A stretch of 64,000 bases of DNA from Candidatus Caccoplasma sp. (GCA_045587545.1 JAZNCN010000001.1:16440-80439); one strand, 5' to 3'; positions 30,399 through 40,107 are shown, counted from the stretch's first letter. Notes: generated by a model not told the origin, from the sequence alone. Program-made: numbers and translations.

Positions 30399-32321
30399 AT
30401 GAAAAGGATAGCAAAGATATACTCTCCAATAAAATTCTTAATAACAGTTATTATTAATATATTGACGGCATATGTTATATTTGGCATATGTCGTTTGGTA
30501 TTTTATTTATCCAACATTGAATACTTCCCCAATATCGGATTTCAAGAAGTTCTTCAAATATTAAAAGGCGGATTAGTTTTTGACACTGCAGGTATTATAT
30601 ATGTAAATATCCTATATATAGCATTAATGCTTATACCTTTACCATGGAGAGATACTTTTAAATGGCAAAATATTTGCAAGTGGATTTTTGTTATCACAAA
30701 TTCAATTGTAATAATTGTAAATTTTATTGATACCGTATATTTCAGATATACAAATCGCAGGAGTACAGCTTCAGTATTTTCGGAGTTTAAAGGAGAGGAT
30801 AATCTATTAAAAGTTTTTGGTACTGAGATAGTTCAAAACTGGCTATTAGTTATTATTGCTATAGTATTAATATATGCAATATCTAAATTATATGTAAACC
30901 CTATTAAAGATAAGAGAAAGAAAAAAAAGAGACATTCAGTAAAATATATTATAGCATATTACACTTCATCGTTACTTATTTTTGTACTAACAATTCCTTT
31001 ATGTATAGCAGGCATAAGAGGCGGATTTGCTCATTCAACACGTCCAATAACTATAGGTAATGCCAATCAATATGTAAACAGACCTATTGAAACAGCTATT
31101 GTTTTAAACACACCTTTCTCTATAATAAGAACCATAGGAAAGAAAGTGTATGAAAATCCTAATTACTTTAACAAGGACGAGTTAAATAAAATATATACAC
31201 CCATACACTCTTCAACAGATAAAAAATTCAAAAAACTAAATGTTGTAGTTATAATTCTTGAAAGTTTTGGGCAAGAATACGTTGAATATGGATATGCTCC
31301 ATTTCTAACATCATTACAAGAGAAGGGACTATATTTTAAAAATGCTTTCAGCAATGGAAGAAAATCAATTGACGGAATGCCCTCAGTTCTTAGTAGCATA
31401 CCAATGTTTATTGAGCCATATTTTACAACCCACTATGCCAACAATAATATTTCAAGTATTGCAAACGAACTGAACAAACAAGGTTATCACTCTGCGTTTT
31501 TTCATGGAGCTCCTAATGGAAGCATGGGATTTCAAGCATTTGCCAAAGCTACCGGGTGGAAAGAGTATTACGGAATGGACGAATATGCAAACAACGCAGA
31601 CTTTGATGGCATGTGGGCAATATGGGACGAACCTTTTATGCAATTTTTTGCCGATAAATTATCAACGTTTAAAGAACCTTTTGTAGCTTCAATATTTACA
31701 GCATCTTCGCATCACCCATATAAAATACCCAAAGAGTATGAAGCAATTTATACCGAAGAGGGCCACCCTATACACAAATGTATCAGATACACTGATAATG
31801 CATTAAAAAAATTCTTTGAAAAAGCACAAAAAGAGGAGTGGTTTAAAAATACTCTGTTTGTTATTACTGCCGATCACACAAATGCATCATCTCATAAAGA
31901 GTATATGACAGATGCAGGAGTTTTCAGAGTTCCAATAATATTCCTATTCCCCAATAACGAATATCATGAATGTAGCAGTAAAGTAGCTCAACAGATTGAT
32001 ATAATGCCAACAATTCTCAACTATTTAAACTACCCTACTCCTTATATAGCTTTTGGAAAGAATTTATTAGATAACAAACCAAACAGCAATTGGGTTATAA
32101 ATTACAATAATGGATTTTATCAATACTTTGAAGGTGATTATCTTCTTCAATTTGATGGAGAAAAGCCTTTTGCACTATACAACTACAATAGCGACAATCT
32201 ATTAAAGGAGAACGTGCTGAACGAAATATCGGAACAAGACAATATGCTCAATAGATGCAAAGCCATTATTCAAGAGTACATTGAAAGAATGACTAATGAC
32301 AATCTGATTATAAACAAATAG
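30399..32321 (+). CDS. LTA synthase family / sulfatase-domain membrane protein (alkaline phosphatase superfamily)
   Basis: Five N-terminal TM helices followed by an extracytoplasmic sulfatase domain (VVIILESFG, ITADHT). Confidence 0.8.
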   Translation: MKRIAKIYSPIKFLITVIINILTAYVIFGICRLVFYLSNIEYFPNIGFQEVLQILKGGLVFDTAGIIYVNILYIALMLIPLPWRDTFKWQNICKWIFVITNSIVIIVNFIDTVYFRYTNRRSTASVFSEFKGEDNLLKVFGTEIVQNWLLVIIAIVLIYAISKLYVNPIKDKRKKKKRHSVKYIIAYYTSSLLIFVLTIPLCIAGIRGGFAHSTRPITIGNANQYVNRPIETAIVLNTPFSIIRTIGKKVYENPNYFNKDELNKIYTPIHSSTDKKFKKLNVVVIILESFGQEYVEYGYAPFLTSLQEKGLYFKNAFSNGRKSIDGMPSVLSSIPMFIEPYFTTHYANNNISSIANELNKQGYHSAFFHGAPNGSMGFQAFAKATGWKEYYGMDEYANNADFDGMWAIWDEPFMQFFADKLSTFKEPFVASIFTASSHHPYKIPKEYEAIYTEEGHPIHKCIRYTDNALKKFFEKAQKEEWFKNTLFVITADHTNASSHKEYMTDAGVFRVPIIFLFPNNEYHECSSKVAQQIDIMPTILNYLNYPTPYIAFGKNLLDNKPNSNWVINYNNGFYQYFEGDYLLQFDGEKPFALYNYNSDNLLKENVLNEISEQDNMLNRCKAIIQEYIERMTNDNLIINK

Positions 32322-32347
32322 ATTAAACCCTTTATATTCTACGAAAT

Positions 32348-32379
32348 AAGGCAGCTAAAACATAAGTTTTAACTGCCTT
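32348..32379. terminator. Bidirectional hairpin between the convergent LtaS-like gene and lptB
   Basis: AAGGCAGCTAAAA / TTTTAACTGCCTT form 12 pairs with one mismatch and a 6-nt loop. Confidence 0.45.
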
Positions 32380-32417
32380 AATCTTTAAGTTTCTATTTAT
32401 CTTAATTGTAATAATTT

Positions 32418-33239
32418 TTACGTAAATTGTTTACGATGGAAAATAAAGTTTCTTCCCAAATATTTTTCTCTTACAATAGGGTCTGCTGCCAACTCTTCAG
32501 ATGTTCCTTGAAACAAAATCTTTCCTTCAAATAGCAGATATGCCCTATCTGTAATACTTAAAGTTTCAGGAGCATTGTGGTCGGTTATAAGAATACCTAT
32601 ATTTTTCTCCTTTAGTTTATATACTATATATTGTATATCCTCAACAGCAATAGGGTCAACTCCGGCAAAAGGCTCATCTAACATTATAAATTTAGGACCT
32701 ATAGCCAAACAGCGTGCAATTTCGGTTCTGCGTCGTTCTCCTCCCGATAATTGGTCTCCAAGATTTTTTCTAACCTTCTCAAGACGGAATTCTGCAATCA
32801 ACTCCTCCAATTTTTGATGTTGTTTTGCTTTATCCGGTTCAGCTATCTGCAATATAGAATAGATGTTATCTTCAACACTCATCTTGCGAAAAACAGATGC
32901 TTCTTGTGCCAAATAACCTATTCCATGTTGCGCACGCTTATAAACAGGGAACTTTGTGATTTCAAGGTCGTTCAAGAAAATTTTTCCTTCATTTGGTGTT
33001 ACCAGGCCCGTAGTCATATAAAAAGTGGTTGTTTTACCGGCTCCGTTAGGCCCCAACAATCCTACAATCTCTCCTTGCTTTACATTTATTGACACATGAT
33101 TGGCAACAATACGTTGTCCGTATTTTTTTACCAAACCTTCAGTTCGTAGCACCATTGTTTCTTCTTGAGGTGCCGTTTGTTGTATATTACTATCTGTTTG
33201 AGACATATTATTTATTTTATCTTTTGCGAAATTAAACAA
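32418..33239 (-). CDS. lptB: LPS export ABC transporter ATP-binding protein LptB (start uncertain; may be an internal Met)
   Basis: Walker [10 protein letters not shown], signature LSGGERRR, Walker B IMLDEPF. The N-terminal ~28 aa look like an over-extension. Confidence 0.9.
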   Translation of the reverse strand: MFNFAKDKINNMSQTDSNIQQTAPQEETMVLRTEGLVKKYGQRIVANHVSINVKQGEIVGLLGPNGAGKTTTFYMTTGLVTPNEGKIFLNDLEITKFPVYKRAQHGIGYLAQEASVFRKMSVEDNIYSILQIAEPDKAKQHQKLEELIAEFRLEKVRKNLGDQLSGGERRRTEIARCLAIGPKFIMLDEPFAGVDPIAVEDIQYIVYKLKEKNIGILITDHNAPETLSITDRAYLLFEGKILFQGTSEELAADPIVREKYLGRNFIFHRKQFT

Positions 33240-33419
33240 AATATGAATTATACGAAACAGAATTAATAGATTTATTTAAAAAAGAGTCTCTAAAATACGA
33301 ACAAAAACCTGCTTTTATCCTTTATGATTTATTAGTTTCAATATTTTTACTAATTTTGCTGTAGCTATTCTAACAAAAAATCTTAACATTGATAATATTA
33401 TTGCATATATAATAGCATA

Positions 33420-34181
33420 ATGAAACTTTTTAAAACTTTTATTTTTGATAATCTCGCCAAATTTGGCAGATATATTATGTTGTTGGGGAAAGTATTTACA
33501 CGCCCTGACAAATGGAGTGTTTTTTTTAAAAGATATATAGATGAAGTTTATAAACTTGGTTTTGATTCAATTGCGATAGTATTCACCATATCAATATTTA
33601 TAGGTGCTGTTATTGCTATTCAAACTCAAAAAAACATTACATCTCCTTTTATTCCTTCATATACCATTGGAATGTTAACAAGAGAGACCATATTATTGGA
33701 ATTCTCATCAACCATTATGGCTCTTATATTAGCAGGTAAAGTAGGTTCAAGCATCTCTTCCGAAATAGGAACAATGAGAGTAACAGAACAAATTGATGCC
33801 TTAGAGATTATGGGAGTTAATTCGGCAAACTTCTTAATATTACCTAAAATAACTGCATTGGTTACATTTATCCCCGTTTTGGTTACCATTAGTATGGTTA
33901 TGGGATTGTTGGGAGGATTTTTTGTTGGAGAGTTTACCGACATGTTCCCCTCATCTAAATATATATATGGATTGCAATCATATTTTCAAGAATTTTATGT
34001 TTGGTACTCAATTATAAAATCGTTATTCTTTGCTTTTGTAATATCAACAGTTGCTTCTTTTTATGGATATACGGTTAAAGGTGGAGCAACAGAAGTTGGC
34101 AAAGCCAGTACCGATGCTGTTGTAGTAAGCAGTGTTACTATCTTATTATTAGATGTTCTTCTAACAAAAATTTTATTATAA
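33420..34181 (+). CDS. mlaE: MlaE-family ABC transporter permease
   Basis: 253-aa polytopic protein with the MlaE-like EIGTMRVTEQIDALEIMG motif. Confidence 0.85.
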   Translation: MKLFKTFIFDNLAKFGRYIMLLGKVFTRPDKWSVFFKRYIDEVYKLGFDSIAIVFTISIFIGAVIAIQTQKNITSPFIPSYTIGMLTRETILLEFSSTIMALILAGKVGSSISSEIGTMRVTEQIDALEIMGVNSANFLILPKITALVTFIPVLVTISMVMGLLGGFFVGEFTDMFPSSKYIYGLQSYFQEFYVWYSIIKSLFFAFVISTVASFYGYTVKGGATEVGKASTDAVVVSSVTILLLDVLLTKILL

Positions 34182-34945
34182 TGATTGAGGCTAAAAATAT
34201 TATAAAGTCGTTTGAAGGAAAGGTTATTCTTCACAATATATCTGCAAAATTTTACGCAGGAAAAACTAATCTGATTATAGGCCAGAGCGGTTCTGGTAAA
34301 ACCGTTCTAATGAAATCGTTGGTTGGCTTATTACGCCCCGATAGTGGCGAGATTTTATATGATGGCAGGGATTTTTTAAAATATAACTCGTCAGACATAA
34401 AAGATTTAAGAACTGAAATTGGAATGTTATTTCAAGGTTCAGCATTGTTTGACTCAATGACAGTATTGGAGAATGTTATGTTTCCATTACTAATGTTTAC
34501 CAAACAATCTTACGCCGAGCGTAAAAAACGTGCCGAATTTTGCTTGGAGAGGGTTAATTTGAAAGGTGCTGACAAACTTTTGCCTGCAGAGTTAAGTGGA
34601 GGAATGCAAAAACGTGCTGCCATTGCAAGAGCCATTGCCCTAAACCCCAAATATCTGTTTTGCGACGAACCAAACTCAGGTATTGATCCCAAAACATCAT
34701 TGGTAATTGATAAACTTATTCATGACATTACACACGAATATAACATAACAACCATTATAAATACCCACGATATGAATTCTGTTATGGGTATTGGAGAAAA
34801 TATTATTTTCTTGAACAGAGGTCATTTAAGTTGGGAGGGCACAAAAGAGGATATCTTCTCTTCGACCGACGAGGCATTTAACGAGTTTGTCTTTGCCTCA
34901 GACATAATGAAGGAGGTTAAAAATTACGTAAACCGAGACAAATAG
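34181..34945 (+). CDS. mlaF: MlaF-like ABC transporter ATP-binding protein
   Basis: Walker A GQSGSGKT, signature LSGGMQKR, Walker B LFCDEP. Start overlaps the mlaE stop. Confidence 0.85.
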   Translation: MIEAKNIIKSFEGKVILHNISAKFYAGKTNLIIGQSGSGKTVLMKSLVGLLRPDSGEILYDGRDFLKYNSSDIKDLRTEIGMLFQGSALFDSMTVLENVMFPLLMFTKQSYAERKKRAEFCLERVNLKGADKLLPAELSGGMQKRAAIARAIALNPKYLFCDEPNSGIDPKTSLVIDKLIHDITHEYNITTIINTHDMNSVMGIGENIIFLNRGHLSWEGTKEDIFSSTDEAFNEFVFASDIMKEVKNYVNRDK

Positions 34946-35070
34946 ATATATATCTTATTTACACAGCTTTATATTAGGCGAAATAATAAATCAGGCAATA
35001 CAAAGTTGAATAAAATTCAAAATGTAGCAAATAATATGCAAAGATTATTTGTAAAAAAGTAAATTTTCAC

Positions 35071-35078
35071 TATCTTTG
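35071..35078 (+). promoter_or_regulatory. Candidate -7 promoter box TATCTTTG for tRNA-Cys
   Basis: TAnnTTTG lies 27 bp upstream of the tRNA 5' end. Confidence 0.4.
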
Positions 35079-35104
35079 CACTACCTTTGAAAAAAGGAAG
35101 GTTT

Positions 35105-35175
35105 GGTTCCTTGGCCGAGCGGTTAGGCACCGGTCTGCAAAACCGTTTACAGCAGTTCGAATCTGCTAGGAACCT
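35105..35175 (+). tRNA. tRNA-Cys (anticodon GCA)
   Basis: Hand-folded cloverleaf: 7-bp acceptor GGTTCCT/AGGAACC, D-arm GCC..GGC, anticodon loop CTGCAAA, 4-nt variable loop, T-arm AGCAG-TTCGAAT-CTGCT, and discriminator U as expected for Cys. CCA is not encoded. Confidence 0.9.
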
Positions 35176-35212
35176 CAAAAAAAAGTTCTGAGAATTCTCA
35201 GAACTTTTTTTT
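35176..35212. terminator. Bidirectional intrinsic terminator (A-run, 9-bp perfect stem AGTTCTGAG/CTCAGAACT, T-run)
   Basis: Perfect 22-bp palindrome flanked by A8 and T8. Lies between tRNA-Cys (+) and the convergent TPR gene (-). Confidence 0.7.
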
Positions 35213-35241
35213 CGTGTATTATATGAAAATTTCTACACCTC

Positions 35242-36114
35242 TTATCTTTTAGCTCTCTTTTTTGATTCTCCTTGCAAATCGGCAATAATTTCATCAACCT
35301 TTTCTTTAGATGCTCCTAAAGCAACAGCCTTATCAAAATCAGCCATTGCCCTCTCTTTTTCAAATTGACTCCACTCTATTTTTGCCCTCAAAACATAAAA
35401 CAGAGGGTCATTAGCATCTATCTCCATAGCTTTTTTCAGATCCTCCCTTGCTTTTAACATTTTTCCTATATAAAAATATGCCTCTGCCCTACCAAAAAAG
35501 GCTTCTGCATCTTTATCATTCTGCTTCAACACTTTTGTATATAAATCCACCGCCTCAGAATAGTAGTTTCTATACTTCATTAATGTAGCAAAACCCATAT
35601 AGGCACTCCTGCTATTGGGATTAATTTTTAAAATATGTTCAAAATCATATCTTGCAGAAAGAGTATCTCGCTTCTGCAGATAAATAATTCCTCGTTCATA
35701 AAGTATATCTTCCTCATCTCCATCAAGCGATATAGCTGTAGAATAATCTGTTATAGCCTTATCTAAACTATCAATTGAAGCATATAAAGAGGCTCTGTTT
35801 TTTAATAATGTTACCGAACGTGGCATTATCATCAAGGCATTTGTATAAGATTTCAGTGCCTTATCGGTTTTACCCATATAACGCTGTACAGTTCCTAAAT
35901 TTGATAATATAAGTGCATTTTGAGCATTAGCCGGCTCTAACTCCAAAGCCTTAATCATTGACTCTTCGGCACATGCCCAATCTTCATTATTGATACACTC
36001 AAACGATTTCTCAACAAGATTGTTATAATCTTGCGTATATGAAACCGCATTTTGAAAAATAAAAACCAATATTATTAGATATATTCTCTTCATAACAGGT
36101 GCTAAAATAGCCAT
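35242..36114 (-). CDS. TPR-repeat protein with signal peptide
   Basis: 290 aa with multiple 34-aa TPR-like units (ALILSNLGTVQRYMGKTDKALKSYTNAL and others). Confidence 0.7.
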   Translation of the reverse strand: MAILAPVMKRIYLIILVFIFQNAVSYTQDYNNLVEKSFECINNEDWACAEESMIKALELEPANAQNALILSNLGTVQRYMGKTDKALKSYTNALMIMPRSVTLLKNRASLYASIDSLDKAITDYSTAISLDGDEEDILYERGIIYLQKRDTLSARYDFEHILKINPNSRSAYMGFATLMKYRNYYSEAVDLYTKVLKQNDKDAEAFFGRAEAYFYIGKMLKAREDLKKAMEIDANDPLFYVLRAKIEWSQFEKERAMADFDKAVALGASKEKVDEIIADLQGESKKRAKR

Positions 36115-36389
36115 TTTAATTGAAGAAAAAAATTATTTATTATTTTTTATGGTCGAAAAGGTAATTTTTAGAGTAAGTTTTTATATCTTTACAAATTGCA
36201 AATTATATACAATAATTTATCGGAAGGCGTTCCGATTATAAAACACTATAATATTGATATATAGCAACTTATATATCATTAATGCAAATATTGCATTTTA
36301 AGCAAGTTAAAAGCTCTCGTTATTGATTTTTATATTTTACGAATAACTTGCTTACCCGGAGAGAAAAAAATAAATAAAAACATATATAA

Positions 36390-38147
36390 ATGATAAGTAA
36401 ATGGAACTACTTACCTCTTACAGAACAACAACAGCAAATAAAGGAGAGCCTGGCAGAAGAGCTTGGTATATCTCCCGTTATCTGCGAATTATTGGCTCTC
36501 CGGGGGGTAAAAAATGCGGAAGAGGCTCAAAAGTTCTTTTCGCCACAACTATCTGACCTTCATGATCCATTCCTTATGGACGGAATGAAAGAAGCGGTAG
36601 AAAGACTTAATTATGCCATTGGACAGAAAGAGAGAATATTAGTTTACGGAGATTACGACGTTGATGGGACAACAGCAGTAGCTTTGGTATATAAATACCT
36701 AAAGCCATATTGTTTCAACATTGAATACTATATACCTGACCGTTATGAGGAGGGATATGGTATATCTCGTAAAAGCATTGATTATGCTTATGAAAACGGA
36801 GTTAAATTAATTATTGCTCTCGATTGCGGAATTAAAGCTATTGATAAAGTTGCTTATGCAAAAAGCAAGGGCATAGACTTTATAATATGCGACCACCACG
36901 TTCCCGACAACGAATTGCCCAAAGCGGCAGCAATACTAAATCCAAAGTTGGAAAATTCAAACTATCCATACTCTGAATTGTCAGGATGTGGTGTAGGATT
37001 TAAGTTTATGCAAGGTTTTGCAAAAGACAATGGCATAGACTATACATCGCTATACCCATTGCTCGATTTTGTTGCATTAAGTATTGCATCAGACATTGTT
37101 CCCATAACAGGAGAAAATCGTATTTTGGCTTACCACGGATTAAAAAGATTAAACGAGAAGCCGAGCCACGGACTAAAAGGAATAATAAATATTTGTGGTT
37201 TACAAAACAAACAGATAAGCACCTCTGACATTGTATTTAAAATAGGGCCACGCATTAATGCGTCGGGACGCATGGAGCAAGGCAAAGAGGCTGTTGATTT
37301 ACTCCTATCAAGTGATTTTGAGGGGGCCAAAGAGAGAAGTCGAAATATTAACCAATATAACGAAGAGAGAAAAGCCCTTGACAAAACCATTACAGAAGAG
37401 GCAAATGAAATTCTCTCAAAAATGGAAGATTTAGATAAATTCAAATCTATTGTAATATATAACAGATCGTGGAAACGAGGCATTATAGGTATTGTAGCAT
37501 CAAGGCTAACAGAGCTGCACTATAAACCTGCAGTGGTTCTTGCATACTCAAATGGCATTGTTACAGGTTCTGCCCGCTCGGTTCAAGGTTTTGATATATA
37601 TAAAGCCATTGAGTCTTGCCGTGATTTATTGGAGAGTTTCGGAGGACATACATACGCGGCAGGACTATCTCTTAAAGAGGAGAGAATACCTGAGTTTGTT
37701 GAGCGTTTTGAAGCATACGTCAAAGAGAATATAGAGAAGTGTCAAACCGTTCCTCAAATTGATATAGATGTTGAGTTATCATTTAAAGAGATAACCCCCG
37801 ATTTGCATAAACAGATAATGGATTTGGCTCCATTTGGACCGGGAAATTCAAAACCTGTATTTTTCACTCGAGATGTAAAAGATTATCAAGATAGCAAGTT
37901 GGTTGGTAAAGATGGCAAACACATTAAATTAGAGATGATTGATGACAGCTCTGCAAATATTCTCAATGGTATTGCATTTGACCAAAAAGAGCATTTTGAA
38001 CATATAAAAGCAAACAAACCTTTTGATATTTGCTATACCATTGAAGAGATGAAGTATAACCACCCCAAAAGTTATACAACAACTCCCTCAGTTGTAAGAA
38101 ATCAAATTCAACTTGCCGTCAAAGATATTATAAGTGAAAATAAATAG
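36390..38147 (+). CDS. recJ: Single-stranded-DNA-specific exonuclease RecJ
   Basis: DHH-family motifs YGDYDVDG, ALDCG, ICDHH and the DHHA1 motif GGHTYAAG. Confidence 0.95.
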   Translation: MISKWNYLPLTEQQQQIKESLAEELGISPVICELLALRGVKNAEEAQKFFSPQLSDLHDPFLMDGMKEAVERLNYAIGQKERILVYGDYDVDGTTAVALVYKYLKPYCFNIEYYIPDRYEEGYGISRKSIDYAYENGVKLIIALDCGIKAIDKVAYAKSKGIDFIICDHHVPDNELPKAAAILNPKLENSNYPYSELSGCGVGFKFMQGFAKDNGIDYTSLYPLLDFVALSIASDIVPITGENRILAYHGLKRLNEKPSHGLKGIINICGLQNKQISTSDIVFKIGPRINASGRMEQGKEAVDLLLSSDFEGAKERSRNINQYNEERKALDKTITEEANEILSKMEDLDKFKSIVIYNRSWKRGIIGIVASRLTELHYKPAVVLAYSNGIVTGSARSVQGFDIYKAIESCRDLLESFGGHTYAAGLSLKEERIPEFVERFEAYVKENIEKCQTVPQIDIDVELSFKEITPDLHKQIMDLAPFGPGNSKPVFFTRDVKDYQDSKLVGKDGKHIKLEMIDDSSANILNGIAFDQKEHFEHIKANKPFDICYTIEEMKYNHPKSYTTTPSVVRNQIQLAVKDIISENK

Positions 38148-38249
38148 TTGTTAGTTGTCGGTTTCGTAAACTCAACCGTCCTACGGGTAGTTGTTAGCTT
38201 TCAGTTATTAGTATTATTAGCCCAATTGGACCAATTAGTTGTATAAGAG

Positions 38250-38284
38250 AAACGGAGTTGCACTCTTAAAGTGCAACTCCGTTT
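38250..38284. terminator. Perfect 14-bp-stem hairpin between convergent recJ and the LRR gene (likely bidirectional terminator)
   Basis: AAACGGAGTTGCAC-TCTTAAA-GTGCAACTCCGTTT. Confidence 0.6.
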
Positions 38285-38441
38285 AAACTAACGACTGCGG
38301 AGAGAGCATTTTTTTTGACGGACACAACTCCGTCGCATAGGAGTTATGCTCCCCCATACTGCGGTCGGATTAACATTCAGTTAATCCTATTTGTTTCACA
38401 AATACCTTGTATGCATGCTGTGTCCCTACTTGCTTGGTTGT
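38285..38441. repeat. Copy A of a small intergenic repeat (AAACTAAC.ACTGCGGAGAGAGCATTTTTTTGACGGACACA / GCATGCTGTGTCCCTACTTGCTTGGTTGT), interrupted by an 86-bp insert at 38327-38412
   Basis: Aligned by eye with copy B at 40740-40809. The flanks are near-identical. Confidence 0.8.
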
Positions 38442-38560
38442 TAACACTATAACAAAAGGTTGTAACGTAACATTACAACCTTTTGCTTATTATTGAGTTT
38501 TTATTGTTATTCTGAAAACTAACAACAACCCGTAGGGTGGCGTTAGCCAACAACTAACAA

Positions 38561-40018
38561 CTATAAAACTACCTTTTGAGAACTGTTATCAGTTACAACA
38601 ATATATACACCTTTGGGTAATGCTATTTGAGCAGAGCCGTTAACATAGGTATCTTTAAGAACTTGTCCTGCAAGGTTGATAACTTGCAATTTGCCATAAT
38701 AATTACAGATATCAATCTCATTACCTGCAATAACCTTTATTTCAGAGGTTGCGATATTACTATCCTCTATACCTGTAAAATCACTCTCAATAAAATTGGT
38801 AAAATCACTCCACTCAAACTCATAATCCTCTTTTGTTCCTTTTGGAATATATACAGGAATTGTTTTATCCACAGTGTTAAATGTATTAGAGTATATAAAA
38901 GGCGGATATTCTGCTAAAGAATAGATACTATTTAATTTACTACACTTATAAAAAGCAGATTCTCCAATTTCACTAACTCCGCTACCAATGGTAACCGAAG
39001 TTAACCCTGAACAACCTGAAAAAGCATAGTTTTTAATAGTTGTTACACCTTCGGGTATTATCAAGTTTGTCACCAACTCATTATTTAAATATAGTTTTTT
39101 TGCAGTAAATAAAGGATTAGCATAGGTAGAATTCCCAAAATCAATATTACACCAAGCCTTAAGGTCGGTTATATATACTCCTGTTAACTTTCTACATGAG
39201 AAAGCATATTTCCCTATTTCACTAACTCCTCTACCAATAGTAACAGAAGTTACCCCTGAACAACCTTCGAAAGCATAATCTCCAATAGAGGTAACGCTAT
39301 TAGGGATAGTAATTGATGTTAACCCTGAACAATTACGGAAAGCATAATCTCCAATATCGCTAACTCCACTACCAATGCTAACCAAAGTTAACCCTGAACA
39401 ACCATCGAAAGTATAATCTCCAATAGAAGTAACGCTATTAGGGATAGTTATTGTTGTTAAACCTGTACAACCATTGAAAGCATATTCTCCAATATCGCTA
39501 ACTCCACTACCAATGGTAACAGAAGTTAAACCTGTACAACCTAAGAAAGCTCTCTCCATAATATAAATAACACTATTAGGAATTGTTACTGATGTTAACC
39601 CTGAACAACCTTCGAAAGCATAATTTCCAATAGAAGAAACGGAAGTAGGGATAGTAATTGATGTTAACCCTGAACAATTACGGAAAGCATAATCTCCAAT
39701 ATAGGTAACGCTATTAGGGATAGTTATTGATGTTAAACCTGTACAACCTGAGAAAGCGCAGAATCCAATAGAAGTAACACCATCTGCTATTTCAACTGAT
39801 TTTATGCTGGATATATATGAAATCCATGGAGATAAATGAGTCAACCACAAATCGTCTTCCATCTCTCCTGTACCTGTAATTTTTAAGAAACCTGTTTCTG
39901 TATCAAGATACCAATTTAGATTATCGCCGCATATGCCACTGTAAGTTTCGGCATTCGTTGTTGTAGCAAATATTACCAATATTGCTACAAATAGTGTTTT
40001 AAAGTAATTTAGTTTCAT
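38561..40018 (-). CDS. BspA-type leucine-rich-repeat surface protein with a T9SS type A C-terminal sorting domain
   Basis: The ORF track gives 38561..40078. I prefer the internal Met at 40018, which begins a signal peptide MKLNYFKTLFVAILVIFATTTNA. At least 12 tandem ~23-aa units of the form GCxGLTSxTIPNSVTxIGxYAF. The C-terminus ...KGVYIVVTDNSSQKVVL is typical of a T9SS CTD. Confidence 0.8.
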   Translation of the reverse strand: MKLNYFKTLFVAILVIFATTTNAETYSGICGDNLNWYLDTETGFLKITGTGEMEDDLWLTHLSPWISYISSIKSVEIADGVTSIGFCAFSGCTGLTSITIPNSVTYIGDYAFRNCSGLTSITIPTSVSSIGNYAFEGCSGLTSVTIPNSVIYIMERAFLGCTGLTSVTIGSGVSDIGEYAFNGCTGLTTITIPNSVTSIGDYTFDGCSGLTLVSIGSGVSDIGDYAFRNCSGLTSITIPNSVTSIGDYAFEGCSGVTSVTIGRGVSEIGKYAFSCRKLTGVYITDLKAWCNIDFGNSTYANPLFTAKKLYLNNELVTNLIIPEGVTTIKNYAFSGCSGLTSVTIGSGVSEIGESAFYKCSKLNSIYSLAEYPPFIYSNTFNTVDKTIPVYIPKGTKEDYEFEWSDFTNFIESDFTGIEDSNIATSEIKVIAGNEIDICNYYGKLQVINLAGQVLKDTYVNGSAQIALPKGVYIVVTDNSSQKVVL

Positions 40019-40107
40019 AAAAATAAAATTTAATATTAATATTATTTTACATTCCTGTTTTAAGAGTTGGATACACACATAAAAAAAGCACGGAACTTTT
40101 AGTATTC

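Larger units (their letters stand above)
38146..38562. repeat. Intergenic spacer bounded by ~55-bp imperfect terminal inverted repeats (38146-38204 vs 38512-38562); MITE-like or giant stem
   Basis: AGTTGTTAGTTGTCGG...CCGTCCTACGGGTAGTTGTTAGCTTTCAG compared with the reverse complement of the right end, AGTTGTTAGTTGTTGG...CCACCCTACGGGTTGTTGTTAGTTTTCAG. The outer ends include the stop codons of recJ and the LRR gene. Confidence 0.6.

Noticed and set aside
35105-35175. Alternative identity for the tRNA (long-arm Ser/Leu/Sec type)
   Set aside because: The fold gives a 4-nt variable loop, a GCA anticodon centred in a 7-nt loop, and a U discriminator. This is consistent only with tRNA-Cys.
38561-40078. 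Diversity-generating retroelement or shufflon acting on the repetitive LRR gene
   Set aside because: There is no reverse transcriptase, template repeat or adjacent recombinase in the neighbourhood. The only recombinase in the window is 20 kb away inside a separate element.
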